Positions 36,659-46,424 are shown, counted from the stretch's first letter. The stretch: 64,000 nucleotides of DNA from Candidatus Levyibacteriota bacterium (GCA_016199085.1 JACQHJ010000003.1:103517-167516); one strand, 5' to 3'. Translations and numbers: made by a program. The notes: generated by a model not told the origin, from the sequence alone.

Positions 36659-37989
36659 AGTGCTTCTCCTTTACCGATCAGTGCTTTATGCAATAAGCTA
36701 ACACTTTGATCAACGTGAATTGAAGGCAAAACCAAGCTGATGTTAATATCCGACGCTCCAAGGGATATCATTCTGACACTAATATCTGATCTATCGAGAA
36801 TTGAAAATATTTGTTTAAGAATATTTTTAACATCAACAATTTTTTCTCCAATTAAAGAAACCATACCCAGTTCTTTGGTTGTTGAAATTGTTGAAAATTC
36901 TTTTAGCTCTTTTATTGCCTGTTCTAAATTTTCATTGTTATCCAAGGAAGCTGAAATACTTACTTCCGAAACGCTGACAAGGTCGATTGAAATATTATAT
37001 TTTGAAAAAATTGAAAAAACTTTTGCCAAAAATCCTTTATTTAATAACATATCTGTTGAGTAAATTGTAACCAAGGTAATTTTTCTTTTGGAAGCAATTG
37101 CAACAATGTGGCTTTTATCTAAATTGGTATTTTTGATAACTGTGCCTTTTGCTTTTGGATTAAAAGTATTTAAAACCCTGACTGGAATTCCACTAGATAC
37201 AGCAGGACGAATAGTTCTTGGATGAAGAACTCTTGCTCCAAATGCAGCAAGCTCAGAAGCTTCTTTATATGAAACGACTTTTAAAACTTTTGCTTGTTTG
37301 ATAAGTTTTGGATCTGATGTGAAAATTCCATCTACGTCTGTCCAAATCTGGATTTCATCTGCGTGAAGACTAAATCCAAGTATGGCAGCTGTATAATCAG
37401 ATCCTCCTCTTCCAAGAGTCGTCGTTTTATTCTGTTTTGTACTACCAATAAAACCAGTAACGACTGGGATAATTCCTTTTTTAATAAGAGGTGTCAGTGT
37501 ATTTTTTGTTTTTTGCTCTGTTTCTCTTGGCAAAAACTCTGCAGAACCAAAATGATCATTGGTTACAATTAAGGAAGTTGCAATTATTTGTTTTGCATTG
37601 ACTTTTGCATCGTTTAACATATGAGTGATTATTTTTGAAGAAATTATCTCCCCATATGAGATAATTTCATCTAAAATTTGAGATGTATTTTTTTTACTAA
37701 GAAGTTCATCAACAGATTCCAAGGACTCTAAAAGGTAATCTTTTAAATCGTTTGGTACGCTTTCATAATAATCCCTTATTAAGTTTAAGTGCAGATTTTC
37801 TATCTGTTTAAAAATAGTATTTTTATTTGCATTTACTTTTGTTAAAGACAAAAGCAGATCTGTTATCCCTGATATTGCCGAAACAACAACAATGGGATTT
37901 TTAGACCTTTGTGTTCTTACAATCTCAACAATTGTTTTTAAACTTTTTTTTGTACTTACGGATGTTCCTCCGAATTTTAGAATAATCAT
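36655..37989 (-). CDS. lysC: Aspartate kinase
   Basis: KFGGTS, TLGRGGSD, WTDVDG, two ACT domains. Confidence 0.95.
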   Translation of the reverse strand: MIILKFGGTSVSTKKSLKTIVEIVRTQRSKNPIVVVSAISGITDLLLSLTKVNANKNTIFKQIENLHLNLIRDYYESVPNDLKDYLLESLESVDELLSKKNTSQILDEIISYGEIISSKIITHMLNDAKVNAKQIIATSLIVTNDHFGSAEFLPRETEQKTKNTLTPLIKKGIIPVVTGFIGSTKQNKTTTLGRGGSDYTAAILGFSLHADEIQIWTDVDGIFTSDPKLIKQAKVLKVVSYKEASELAAFGARVLHPRTIRPAVSSGIPVRVLNTFNPKAKGTVIKNTNLDKSHIVAIASKRKITLVTIYSTDMLLNKGFLAKVFSIFSKYNISIDLVSVSEVSISASLDNNENLEQAIKELKEFSTISTTKELGMVSLIGEKIVDVKNILKQIFSILDRSDISVRMISLGASDINISLVLPSIHVDQSVSLLHKALIGKGEAL

Positions 37990-39245
37990 ATCTGCCTCCC
38001 TAGCGTTCTAAAATCTATGGTTTTAAAATAATCATCAACAGTTTCAGCTCTTCGTATTAGTACTGCTTTCCCGTTTGGTTTTAATAGAAGCTCTGCTGAT
38101 CTTAATTTACCGTTGTAGTTAAAACCCATTGCGTGACCGTGTGCACCTGTATCGTGAATTACTAAAATATCTCCTATATCTACTTTCGGAAGTCTTCTGT
38201 CAATTGCGAATTTATCATTGTTTTCACATAAAGATCCTGTTACGTCATAAATCTTTGTTTTATCTTTTTTACTTTTTCCCATAACCGTAATATGATGGTA
38301 AGCGCCATACATGCCGGGCCTCATTAAATTAGCCATGCTTGCATCAAGTCCGACGTAATTTTTGTACGTATCTTTTTTATGCAAAACCGTTGTTACTAAA
38401 TACCCGTAAGGACCTGTTATCATACGGCCGTTTTCCATAAATAGTTTAAGAGGATGCAAATTGTTTTTTACAATTTTTTCTTTATAGATTCTTTCAATTT
38501 TTCTAGACAAAAGGCTTAGATCAACAGGTTTTTGATCTTCTCTGTACGGGATGCCTATCCCTCCGCCGATGTTTATAAATTCAAATGTAATTCCCAAGGT
38601 TTTATTTATTTCCAAAATCAAATCAAAAAGCATGTTTGCTGTATCGACAAAATACTGGGGATTTAATTCATTTGATGCAATCATCGTATGAAGTCCAAAT
38701 CTTTTTACTCCTTTTTGTTTCATAATTTTATAGGCTTTAAATAACTGGTCACGAGTTAATCCGTATTTTGCTTCTTCGGGTTTTCCTATAATTGCATTTC
38801 CTTTTCTAAGTTTTCCCGGGTTATATCTAAAGCAAATAATATCCGGTATTCCTGCATGCTCTTTTAAGAATTCAATGTGGGATATATCATCAAGATTGAT
38901 GATTGCCCCTAAATCTTTTGCTTTTATGTATTCTTTTGCAGCGGCATCGTTTGAGGTAAACATAATGTCTTCGCCTTTAAGCCCTACTTTTTGGGCTAAA
39001 ATAAGTTCAGCATAGGAACTGCAGTCTGCTCCAAAACCCTGTCTTTTCATTATTTCCAGAATATACGGATTGGGGAGTGCTTTAACCGCAAAATATTCCC
39101 TAAAGCCTTTATTCCAAGAAAAGGCTTTGTTTAGTTTTATAGCATTTTCTACAATAGCTTTCTCATCATAAATATGAAAAGGTGTTTCAAAATTTTTGAT
39201 AATTTCTACTATTTGTTTTTTTGTAAATGGCAATGTTTTTCTCAT
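37986..39245 (-). CDS. lysA: Diaminopimelate decarboxylase
   Basis: TPFHIYDE, FAVKALPN, NIGGGIG, ENGR, GSLCENND, GAHGHAMGFNYN. Confidence 0.94.
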   Translation of the reverse strand: MRKTLPFTKKQIVEIIKNFETPFHIYDEKAIVENAIKLNKAFSWNKGFREYFAVKALPNPYILEIMKRQGFGADCSSYAELILAQKVGLKGEDIMFTSNDAAAKEYIKAKDLGAIINLDDISHIEFLKEHAGIPDIICFRYNPGKLRKGNAIIGKPEEAKYGLTRDQLFKAYKIMKQKGVKRFGLHTMIASNELNPQYFVDTANMLFDLILEINKTLGITFEFINIGGGIGIPYREDQKPVDLSLLSRKIERIYKEKIVKNNLHPLKLFMENGRMITGPYGYLVTTVLHKKDTYKNYVGLDASMANLMRPGMYGAYHHITVMGKSKKDKTKIYDVTGSLCENNDKFAIDRRLPKVDIGDILVIHDTGAHGHAMGFNYNGKLRSAELLLKPNGKAVLIRRAETVDDYFKTIDFRTLGRQI

Positions 39246-40465
39246 ATTTTTAAATTCTCTTGAATACTTTTTATTGCTTGTTTTACGTTTTCTCTATGTC
39301 CAAAAGCGGATAATCTAAAATACCCCTCTCCTAAAAGTCCAAATCCCGCACCCGGAGTTCCGACGACACGGGCCTCATTTAATAATTTGTCAAAAAATTC
39401 CCAAGAACTTAAACCATTTGGTGTTTTAAGCCAAATGTAGGGAGCGTTTTTTCCTCCGAAGACTTTTAACCCCATTTTTTCAAGACCGACTCTAATAAGT
39501 CTTGCGTTTTCCATGTAATAATCAATAATTTCCCCAGACTCTCTTTGTCCTTTTTTAGACAGCACTGCAAGACCCCCTTCCTGGGCAATATTTGATGCGC
39601 CGTTAAACATCGTTGTCTGGCGTCTGTTCCACATTGCGTTAAGCTCGCCTTTTTTTGAATTTTGGGTAATAAGATCCATTGGCACAATTGTCCAACCAAG
39701 CCTAACTCCTGTAAAACCAGCCCATTTTGAAAAGCTTGAAATTTCTATGGCACATTTTCTAGCCCCTGGTATTTCGTAAATACTTCTTGGCAAATTTTTA
39801 TCTTTAATGAAAAAACTGTAAGCTGCATCAAAAATAATTATGGCTTTGTGTTTCAAAGCCCAGTTAACAAATCTTTTAAGCTGATCTCTGGTTGCAACCG
39901 CACCCGTCGGATTATTCGGACTGCAGATATAAATTAAATCTACTTTTTTATCTGGCAGTTTAGGAAAAAAACCGTTTTCTTCCAAAGAATCCAGATAAAC
40001 AATGTTTTTATATCTTCCGTTTTTAAACTCTCCACCCCGTCCTTGTATAACATTACTGTCAACGTAGACTGGATAAACAGGATCTGAAACTGCAACTACA
40101 TTATCGTTTCCGAAAATTGAACTGATATTTGCACTGTCTGTTTTTGCTCCATCACTTACAAAAATCTCTAAAGGATCTATTCTCACTCCCATATTTTTAT
40201 ACCAAGTAGAAAGTGCTGCTCTAAGTCTTGTATCACCCTGCTCATCGCCGTAACCCGTATAGGTATCTACATTTGCTAATTTAGATACACCTAAGCCTAA
40301 ACCATCTATTACGCTTTTAGGTAAAGCCTCTGTCGTGTTTCCAATACCAAGCCTTAAGACTTTTGCATCTTTGTTTTTTTCCAAAAACACTTTAGTCCTT
40401 TTTGCAATCTCTGAAAAAAGATATCCTGCCTGCAATGTTTTATAATTTTTATTTATTGTTGCCAT
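39242..40465 (-). CDS. dapL: LL-diaminopimelate aminotransferase
   Basis: GYLFSEIA, LGIGNTT, GYGDEQG, SDGAK, CSPNNPTG, SFSKWAGFTGVRLGW. Confidence 0.95.
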   Translation of the reverse strand: MATINKNYKTLQAGYLFSEIAKRTKVFLEKNKDAKVLRLGIGNTTEALPKSVIDGLGLGVSKLANVDTYTGYGDEQGDTRLRAALSTWYKNMGVRIDPLEIFVSDGAKTDSANISSIFGNDNVVAVSDPVYPVYVDSNVIQGRGGEFKNGRYKNIVYLDSLEENGFFPKLPDKKVDLIYICSPNNPTGAVATRDQLKRFVNWALKHKAIIIFDAAYSFFIKDKNLPRSIYEIPGARKCAIEISSFSKWAGFTGVRLGWTIVPMDLITQNSKKGELNAMWNRRQTTMFNGASNIAQEGGLAVLSKKGQRESGEIIDYYMENARLIRVGLEKMGLKVFGGKNAPYIWLKTPNGLSSWEFFDKLLNEARVVGTPGAGFGLLGEGYFRLSAFGHRENVKQAIKSIQENLKI

Positions 40466-40491
40466 ATATTTTAAATATTGTTTTTCCCATT

Positions 40492-40512
40492 AAAAAAACC
40501 CTCTAATGAGGG
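40492..40512 (-). terminator. Attenuator terminator (3:4 helix) of the lys operon
   Basis: Minus strand CCCTC-ATTA-GAGGG-TTTTTTT (short 5-bp stem). Confidence 0.72.
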
Positions 40513-40537
40513 GTGTCTTTCTACTTTGGGTCTAAAT

Positions 40538-40612
40538 TTACGACAAGACAAAACCCCCCACAAAGGAGTCCTTCTTGCACTTATCTTCAAAATTTACAAA
40601 TAAATTTTTCAT
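40538..40612 (-). CDS. Lys-codon leader peptide MKNLFVNFEDKCKKDSFVGGFVLS (24 aa)
   Basis: AAG TGC AAG AAG at codons 11-14; lies between promoter and terminator upstream of dapL. Confidence 0.72.
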   Translation of the reverse strand: MKNLFVNFEDKCKKDSFVGGFVLS

Positions 40613-40622
40613 CTGTTTCGTA

Positions 40623-40651
40623 ATTCTAGCATTAAATTATTTTTTTGTCAA
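40623..40651 (-). promoter_or_regulatory. Sigma70 promoter of lys leader
   Basis: TTGACA-17 nt-TAGAAT with extended TG, 10 nt before the leader ATG. Confidence 0.85.
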
Positions 40652-40654
40652 AAC

Positions 40655-41848
40655 TTATTTTAAAACTTTCAGTTGCCTTCCTATTTTTTCAAAAGCCTTT
40701 ATTCCAAAATCCAAGTCCTCTTTGCTATGCGATGCCGACGGAATTACCCTAATTCTTGCCTTTCCTTTTGCTACCATCGGAAAAACTATTGGCGTTGCAA
40801 AAACATTTTCCTCAAACAATTTTGCACTAAATTCCCTTGCTAAATCTTCATCGGAAAGCATCACCGGAGTTATCGGAGTGACACTGATTCCTGTATCAAA
40901 ACCAAGGTTTTTGAAACTTTCTTTAATGTATCTTGTATTATCCCAAAGTTTTTTAACCAGTAAGTCATCTTCTTCAAGTATTTTGACTGCTTCAACTAAT
41001 GCGGCTGTATCAGCTATTGTTAATGCATTTGAAAACAAAAACTGCCTTGCATTTTGTTTATAAAAATCTATTAAAACCTTTTTACCTGTGATAAATCCTC
41101 CTAAAACACTGAATGCTTTGGATAAAGTTCCTACTTCTATGTCTATTTGTCCGTGAAGGTTAAAATGATCTACTATTCCTCTTCCGCCTTTTCCCAGCAC
41201 TCCTTCACCGTGCGCATCGTCAACCATTGTTAAAACACCATATTTTTTAGCCAAACTCACAATCTGGGGAACAGGAGCCAAATCTCCGTCCATTGAAAAA
41301 ACTCCATCGGTCACTACAAGAATCCTGGGAGCCTTTCCATCAGTCTTTGGGGTCTTGGCAACTTCTTTTGCCTCAATGATTTTTTCCTCCAAATCTTTTA
41401 CGTCTAAGTGTTTATAAATAAATTTTGTTTTTACCCCCGAGAGCCTTACTGCATCAATTATTGAGGCGTGGTTTAGTTCGTCTGAGATGACAATATCTTC
41501 TTTACCGATAATTGTTGCAATTGCAGCGCAGTTTGCCATATAACCGCCTGTTAATACAATGCAACTTTCTGCTTTTTTAAATCTTGCTAAACGCTCCTCC
41601 AGTTCTACATGGAGCTTATGTGTTCCGGCAAGAGTTCTGTAACCCGTACCGACACCGTATCGATCGACAGCTTCTTTAATGGCTTTTTTTAATCTGTCGT
41701 TGACCGATAGTCCAAGATAGTGGCTTGAGCAAAAATTAAGCTTTTTTACACCGTCAATAGTTAGATATGCACCCTCTGCCGATTCGACAACCTTAGGAGT
41801 CTTGCCTTTTATAACCATTTCTTCAAGTTGTTTATAAAAATCATCCAT
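40655..41848 (-). CDS. kbl: 2-amino-3-ketobutyrate CoA ligase (glycine C-acetyltransferase)
   Basis: [41 protein letters not shown]; adjacent to tdh. Confidence 0.88.
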   Translation of the reverse strand: MDDFYKQLEEMVIKGKTPKVVESAEGAYLTIDGVKKLNFCSSHYLGLSVNDRLKKAIKEAVDRYGVGTGYRTLAGTHKLHVELEERLARFKKAESCIVLTGGYMANCAAIATIIGKEDIVISDELNHASIIDAVRLSGVKTKFIYKHLDVKDLEEKIIEAKEVAKTPKTDGKAPRILVVTDGVFSMDGDLAPVPQIVSLAKKYGVLTMVDDAHGEGVLGKGGRGIVDHFNLHGQIDIEVGTLSKAFSVLGGFITGKKVLIDFYKQNARQFLFSNALTIADTAALVEAVKILEEDDLLVKKLWDNTRYIKESFKNLGFDTGISVTPITPVMLSDEDLAREFSAKLFEENVFATPIVFPMVAKGKARIRVIPSASHSKEDLDFGIKAFEKIGRQLKVLK

Positions 41849-41851
41849 ATC

Positions 41852-42853
41852 TTAGGGAATCAAAAGTATCTTACCACACTCTCCGGATTTCATAACTTCC
41901 ATGGCCTTTTCAAATTCCGAAAGTTTAAATCTATGGGTAATGATTTTTGTTAAGTCAACTTTTTTTGATTTTAAAAGCTCTGAAACGTCTTCCCATGTTT
42001 CCCAGATTTTTCTGCCGAATACTCCTTTAACAGTCAATTCTTTGTCTATAAAATATTTTCCAAAGTTTAACGATATGTCTTTTTTGGGAATGCCAAATAT
42101 TATTACCGTTGCCTTAATCCTTGCGGCTTCAAAGGCAGTTTGTATGGCGATTTCGTTTCCAGACATTTCCAAAACCACATCCATCTTATTTAGGTATTTC
42201 TCGGGAAGCTTTTCATAAACTTCATCTGCTCCCATCTTTTTACCCAAAACTCTTCTATAGCTTCCTCTGTTTAAGGCAATTATCTTTTTGGCACCATATG
42301 CTTTCGCAGCGGCAACTGCGCAAAGACCGGTAGGACCAAGCCCCGTCACCAAAACCGTTTTACCTTTAACGTTTACCCTATGAATAACGTGCACGGCATT
42401 ACCAAGAGGCTCCTGTGAGCTCATTTCCTCTAAGGGTATTGTCTTATCATTTTTCCATGATGTTTTAATTGGGACAGTTGCATACTGGGCAAAACCTCCA
42501 TTTCTTCCAATTCCAAATAGCTGCATATTCTCACAGATGTGCTTATTGCCGATTTTACATTGATAACACCTACCACAAAAAATATGAGTCTCTGAAGAGA
42601 TTAAATCTCCGACTTTAATATTTTTACTTTTACCATTAATTTCTACGACTTCGCCGACAACTTCATGACCGACAATAATAGGAGGATTTATATGAGACTG
42701 GGCCCATGGAGTCCAGTCATAAATATTAACATCTGTTCCACAAATGGAAACGATTTTTACTTTTATTAAAAGCTCGTCTTTTTGAGGTTTAGGAACGGGA
42801 ACTTGCTTTAACCTAACACCCTTTGTCTTTTGTTCTTTAACTACGGCTAGCAT
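41852..42853 (-). CDS. tdh: L-threonine 3-dehydrogenase
   Basis: ICGTD..IY.W..W, GHE, ETHIFCGRCYQC...HIC, EPLGNAVH, GRKIWETW. Confidence 0.9.
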   Translation of the reverse strand: MLAVVKEQKTKGVRLKQVPVPKPQKDELLIKVKIVSICGTDVNIYDWTPWAQSHINPPIIVGHEVVGEVVEINGKSKNIKVGDLISSETHIFCGRCYQCKIGNKHICENMQLFGIGRNGGFAQYATVPIKTSWKNDKTIPLEEMSSQEPLGNAVHVIHRVNVKGKTVLVTGLGPTGLCAVAAAKAYGAKKIIALNRGSYRRVLGKKMGADEVYEKLPEKYLNKMDVVLEMSGNEIAIQTAFEAARIKATVIIFGIPKKDISLNFGKYFIDKELTVKGVFGRKIWETWEDVSELLKSKKVDLTKIITHRFKLSEFEKAMEVMKSGECGKILLIP

Positions 42854-42859
42854 AATTTA

Positions 42860-44656
42860 TTAATCTTTAACCTCAATCGCGGAAACCATATCTTCATCGA
42901 GTCTTAAAAGACCTTCATCGAGTCTTTTCTGATCCAAGAAATGCGCAATGAAACCAACCGATCTTGATATGACAAACAAGGCATTGAAAAATTCCGTATC
43001 AATAAGTTCGCCAAGATCTTTATCCGAATATCCTTCTTTTTCTGAAAGAATATCCAATAATACAGCTGCTATTGCACCATCAACGTTTAATATCAAATTT
43101 GCTTTCTTTCCTGTTGTTACTTTTTCAACTTCTTTTGCAAAACCGGAAAAGCGCTTCTTTGAAAGCTTATGAGAAAAGTTTAAAATCTCAGAAACTCTTG
43201 GATCAGGCATATCCAAGCGGTATTTTTTGTGCCCTATTCCCGAGATATAAATTTTTTGCCTTACAAAATGCTCTACAAAATCGGCCGCATTCCAACCTTC
43301 GGTCACACCTTTTAACCAATTATCTGCAGCCTGGTTGATTGCTCCGCCAAAACGAGAACCAATCGTTAAAAGACCCGATGAAAGTGAAGATACGAGGTCT
43401 CTGCCTGCTCTGGAGGCAACGATAGTATTTAGGGCGCCGCTGACATAAGGACCGTGGTCAACAAGAAGCCTTAGTACAAAATCAACAAAGTCTTCAAGCT
43501 GCCTTGATTTTATTTTCTTGCCTAAAAAAAGCGATGCGACGATTGCGGCAAAGGAATTTTGCTTGGCAAATTTAAGCAAATCTTCATTTAAAATCTTGAC
43601 GTTTCCGTCTTCATCTTTTGAAATTGTCGTTGAGATGAGAGCTTTTTTCCTTTGTTCCATAGACCTTATTCTACTATAATCCGTTGTAGTTTTCACTCTT
43701 TCCAAGGGCGCGTTTGTTATTTGTCTAACAAATTCTGGAAAAGTCTCATAAACAGTTGCTCCTGCATTTTTCAAAGCTTCTTTTTTTGCCCTTGCCGTTT
43801 CGTTTTGATTTTTAGCCATTGCTTTTGCATGACCAAACTGAGGAGGTGTTTCAAAAATCTCCGAGATGCTTCCTGCAATAAAACAAAAAGTAGGTTTTGT
43901 TATTTTCTTTGTTTTAATTAAATCTGCAATCTCGTATTCATCAACTCCGCCAAGCTCTCCGAAATAAACGATTGCTTTAGTTTTACTGTCATTTTGGGCA
44001 GACATAAATGCATCGCTTGGTGTAGTTATTGGAAATCTGTCACCCCCAAAAGAAAGAGAAAAAGAAATATTCTTACCTGAATTTGCAACAATTCTTATTA
44101 ATTCTCCTGTCATTCCGCCTGAGGCGCTAAATACAGCTACGCTTCCGCTACTTAGAAGCGATGAATCAATTAATTGTCTTACGTCTATCCCGCCAATCGG
44201 ACCAAGCTTAAGTACCTCTGGGATAACCAAACCAACGCTTGACGGACCGATTATAAACTTATTTTTGTTCTTAGAAAATTCGTAAAGTTCAAGGGAATGT
44301 TTTTCGGGAACATTTTCCGCAAAGATTACTCCCCCCAAGAGAGAAGGCAACGATTCTAAAATCTCTTTTGTAGATGAAAGAACTCTTCTAGCTGAAGAAA
44401 GGTTAATAAAGAAAGACAAATTCTGTTTTTTTTCATCGGGGAGATCCTTAAATGAAGAAACAACAGGAATCAGTATCTCTTTTTTACCCCAAAAATATCT
44501 TTCGTAATTTCTTCCGCTTGCAATTATTAAGCTTATGCTGGGTTCCTTCTTGCCTACCAAATAATCAAAGTCCAAAATTGACTGAATTATCCCAGGATAA
44601 CTGCCTATCGTTACAATATTTCCTTTAGTCTGTCTAATTTTTTCTATATTAATCAT
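42860..44656 (-). CDS. aclA: ATP-citrate lyase alpha subunit
   Basis: IIGPSSVG, GGDRFP, GELGG, QFGHA (phospho-His), DHGPYVSGA, GIGH, LNVDG. Confidence 0.92.
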   Translation of the reverse strand: MINIEKIRQTKGNIVTIGSYPGIIQSILDFDYLVGKKEPSISLIIASGRNYERYFWGKKEILIPVVSSFKDLPDEKKQNLSFFINLSSARRVLSSTKEILESLPSLLGGVIFAENVPEKHSLELYEFSKNKNKFIIGPSSVGLVIPEVLKLGPIGGIDVRQLIDSSLLSSGSVAVFSASGGMTGELIRIVANSGKNISFSLSFGGDRFPITTPSDAFMSAQNDSKTKAIVYFGELGGVDEYEIADLIKTKKITKPTFCFIAGSISEIFETPPQFGHAKAMAKNQNETARAKKEALKNAGATVYETFPEFVRQITNAPLERVKTTTDYSRIRSMEQRKKALISTTISKDEDGNVKILNEDLLKFAKQNSFAAIVASLFLGKKIKSRQLEDFVDFVLRLLVDHGPYVSGALNTIVASRAGRDLVSSLSSGLLTIGSRFGGAINQAADNWLKGVTEGWNAADFVEHFVRQKIYISGIGHKKYRLDMPDPRVSEILNFSHKLSKKRFSGFAKEVEKVTTGKKANLILNVDGAIAAVLLDILSEKEGYSDKDLGELIDTEFFNALFVISRSVGFIAHFLDQKRLDEGLLRLDEDMVSAIEVKD

Positions 44657-45831
44657 TTTTCTAAGTACTTAAGAGCAATTAAGACAATATCTGTTAAGAC
44701 CATTTTTGGGCCTTCGACTTTTCCAAGCAAATCCTCTTTCCCCAAAAAATTCCTCATCTCCAAAAGTCCTTCTTCCTGATGAGGCCCACCTCTTCTGACA
44801 AAAACCTTAACTTTTTGTTTTACTAAGTTTTTTTTAACTTCATCTAAGGCTTGTATTACGCCTTTGAACGTAATCCTGATATCGGTAAAGTTTGCGACTC
44901 CTCCCCCGATTATTAAAACTTTTTTCATGGCATTTGATTTCAGAAGAAGACTAAGTAAATTCTTGGTATAGATATATGTTTCCTCTTTATTTGGATTTCC
45001 GCTATACTCACCATAGTTTGCAAGCTCTTTTCCGAATCCCTGGTTTGCGACCTCGTCTGCTAAAACAATACTTGCTCCTCCTCCTGATAAAAGCATAAAA
45101 ATACTTCCATTAGGATTTAAAATATCAAGCCTAAATGCAGCCTGACTTTTTTGCGAAAGATTAAGAATACTTTCTTCCTCTTTTGTCTTTGTCCTTGCCT
45201 CTAGGATAAAATCAGATTCGTCAAATGCTCTCTTTACGAAAAACTGGGCTGTGCTATCTACTTCTACTGCAAGATCAAGAATATATATTCTATCTTTGAT
45301 TACAACCAAGGGGTTAATTTCCAAAAATGAAAAGTAATTTTGGTCAAAGAGGGAAAATATTTTTTCCAAAAAGTTTTTGTCAATTTCAAGATACCTTGCA
45401 ATTTCGTCAATATCTTTAACCGTTTTTACGATCTTTTTTTTGATGTTTTCTTTGTGTTTCTCTATATCTATTCCGCCAGCATTTGAATAAAGAAATAGCT
45501 TTCCTTCTCTCACCAAATCAATGGACAAATATTTTTCTTGGTCTTTCTCATGAGCAATATACTCTTCAATAAAAAGGGACGAAAAGCCTAGCTTTGTATA
45601 TGAATCGATGATCTTTTCTACTTCACTAGTTTTTTTATCTATTGCTACAAGTCCTTTTTTAAACCTTCCCTTTACTCCCTGATCAACTTTTATAACGTAT
45701 CTTTTATTTGGATCTAAGATGGGAATCTTATTGTTGGTTTTAGAAGAAATTGAGAAACAATCTGGAGGAAAATTAAGGATATTATAGACAAGCTGCTTAG
45801 CTTTATATTCGCTTATTTTTACTCTTGCCAT
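44653..45831 (-). CDS. aclB: ATP-citrate lyase beta subunit
   Basis: KISEYKAK, LEINPLV, GGGAS, ANYGEYSG, IGGGVANFT, VRRGGP. Confidence 0.92.
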   Translation of the reverse strand: MARVKISEYKAKQLVYNILNFPPDCFSISSKTNNKIPILDPNKRYVIKVDQGVKGRFKKGLVAIDKKTSEVEKIIDSYTKLGFSSLFIEEYIAHEKDQEKYLSIDLVREGKLFLYSNAGGIDIEKHKENIKKKIVKTVKDIDEIARYLEIDKNFLEKIFSLFDQNYFSFLEINPLVVIKDRIYILDLAVEVDSTAQFFVKRAFDESDFILEARTKTKEEESILNLSQKSQAAFRLDILNPNGSIFMLLSGGGASIVLADEVANQGFGKELANYGEYSGNPNKEETYIYTKNLLSLLLKSNAMKKVLIIGGGVANFTDIRITFKGVIQALDEVKKNLVKQKVKVFVRRGGPHQEEGLLEMRNFLGKEDLLGKVEGPKMVLTDIVLIALKYLEK

Positions 45832-45872
45832 ATCTTACAGATTGTATCAAACCTGGCTTTAATTGTGGAGGT

Positions 45873-46346
45873 TTAGTGAACGGCAATTATCGTGTAGGCA
45901 ATTTTTCCCGCTGGCGCTTCAACCTCTACTTTTTCTCCTACTTTTTTACCCATTAAGGCTTTGCCAAGAGGGGATTCATGCGAAATCTTTTTCTCTTTAG
46001 GATCTGCTTCCCATTCTCCAACGACGGTAAACTCTTCTTTCTTTCCCTTAACGGTAACAAAGACCTTGGAGCCAAGCGATACGACGTGGCTTGAGCCATT
46101 GTGATGGTTTTCCTCAATAAGGGTTGCCTGGCTTATCAATTCCTCAAGCTCGCCCAGTCTTCCATCAATAAAAGAAAGCTCTTCTCTTGCAGCAACGTAT
46201 TCAGCGTTCTCAGAAAGATCGCCCATGCTTCGCGCTTGGGAAACTCTTTCTAAAACCAAAGGCCTTTTAGAAGTATTTAATTCTTCGTATTCCTTTTTTA
46301 ACTCTTGTAATCCTTCTTTTGTTAAATAAATTTTCTTACTATCCAT
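45873..46346 (-). CDS. greA: Transcription elongation factor GreA
   Basis: YLTKEG, GDLSENAEY, ISHESPLGKAL. Confidence 0.96.
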   Translation of the reverse strand: MDSKKIYLTKEGLQELKKEYEELNTSKRPLVLERVSQARSMGDLSENAEYVAAREELSFIDGRLGELEELISQATLIEENHHNGSSHVVSLGSKVFVTVKGKKEEFTVVGEWEADPKEKKISHESPLGKALMGKKVGEKVEVEAPAGKIAYTIIAVH

Positions 46347-46354
46347 ATGCTTCT

Positions 46355-46387
46355 AAAATAAAATCCCTCAGAATGTACTTCGAGGGA
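46355..46387 (-). terminator. Terminator-like hairpin inside the greA 5' leader
   Basis: TCCCTC-GAAGTACATTCT-GAGGGA-TTTTATTTT, ending 8 nt before the greA ATG. Confidence 0.7.
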
Positions 46388-46424
46388 ATAATCACTTAAA
46401 TAAATACAATTATTTGTCCAATGC

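Noticed and set aside
40466-40654. Lysine riboswitch or T-box upstream of dapL
   Set aside because: No L-box AGAGGxGC start or T-box AAxxxGGGTGGxACC motif; the leader is too short and is explained by an ORF plus terminator.
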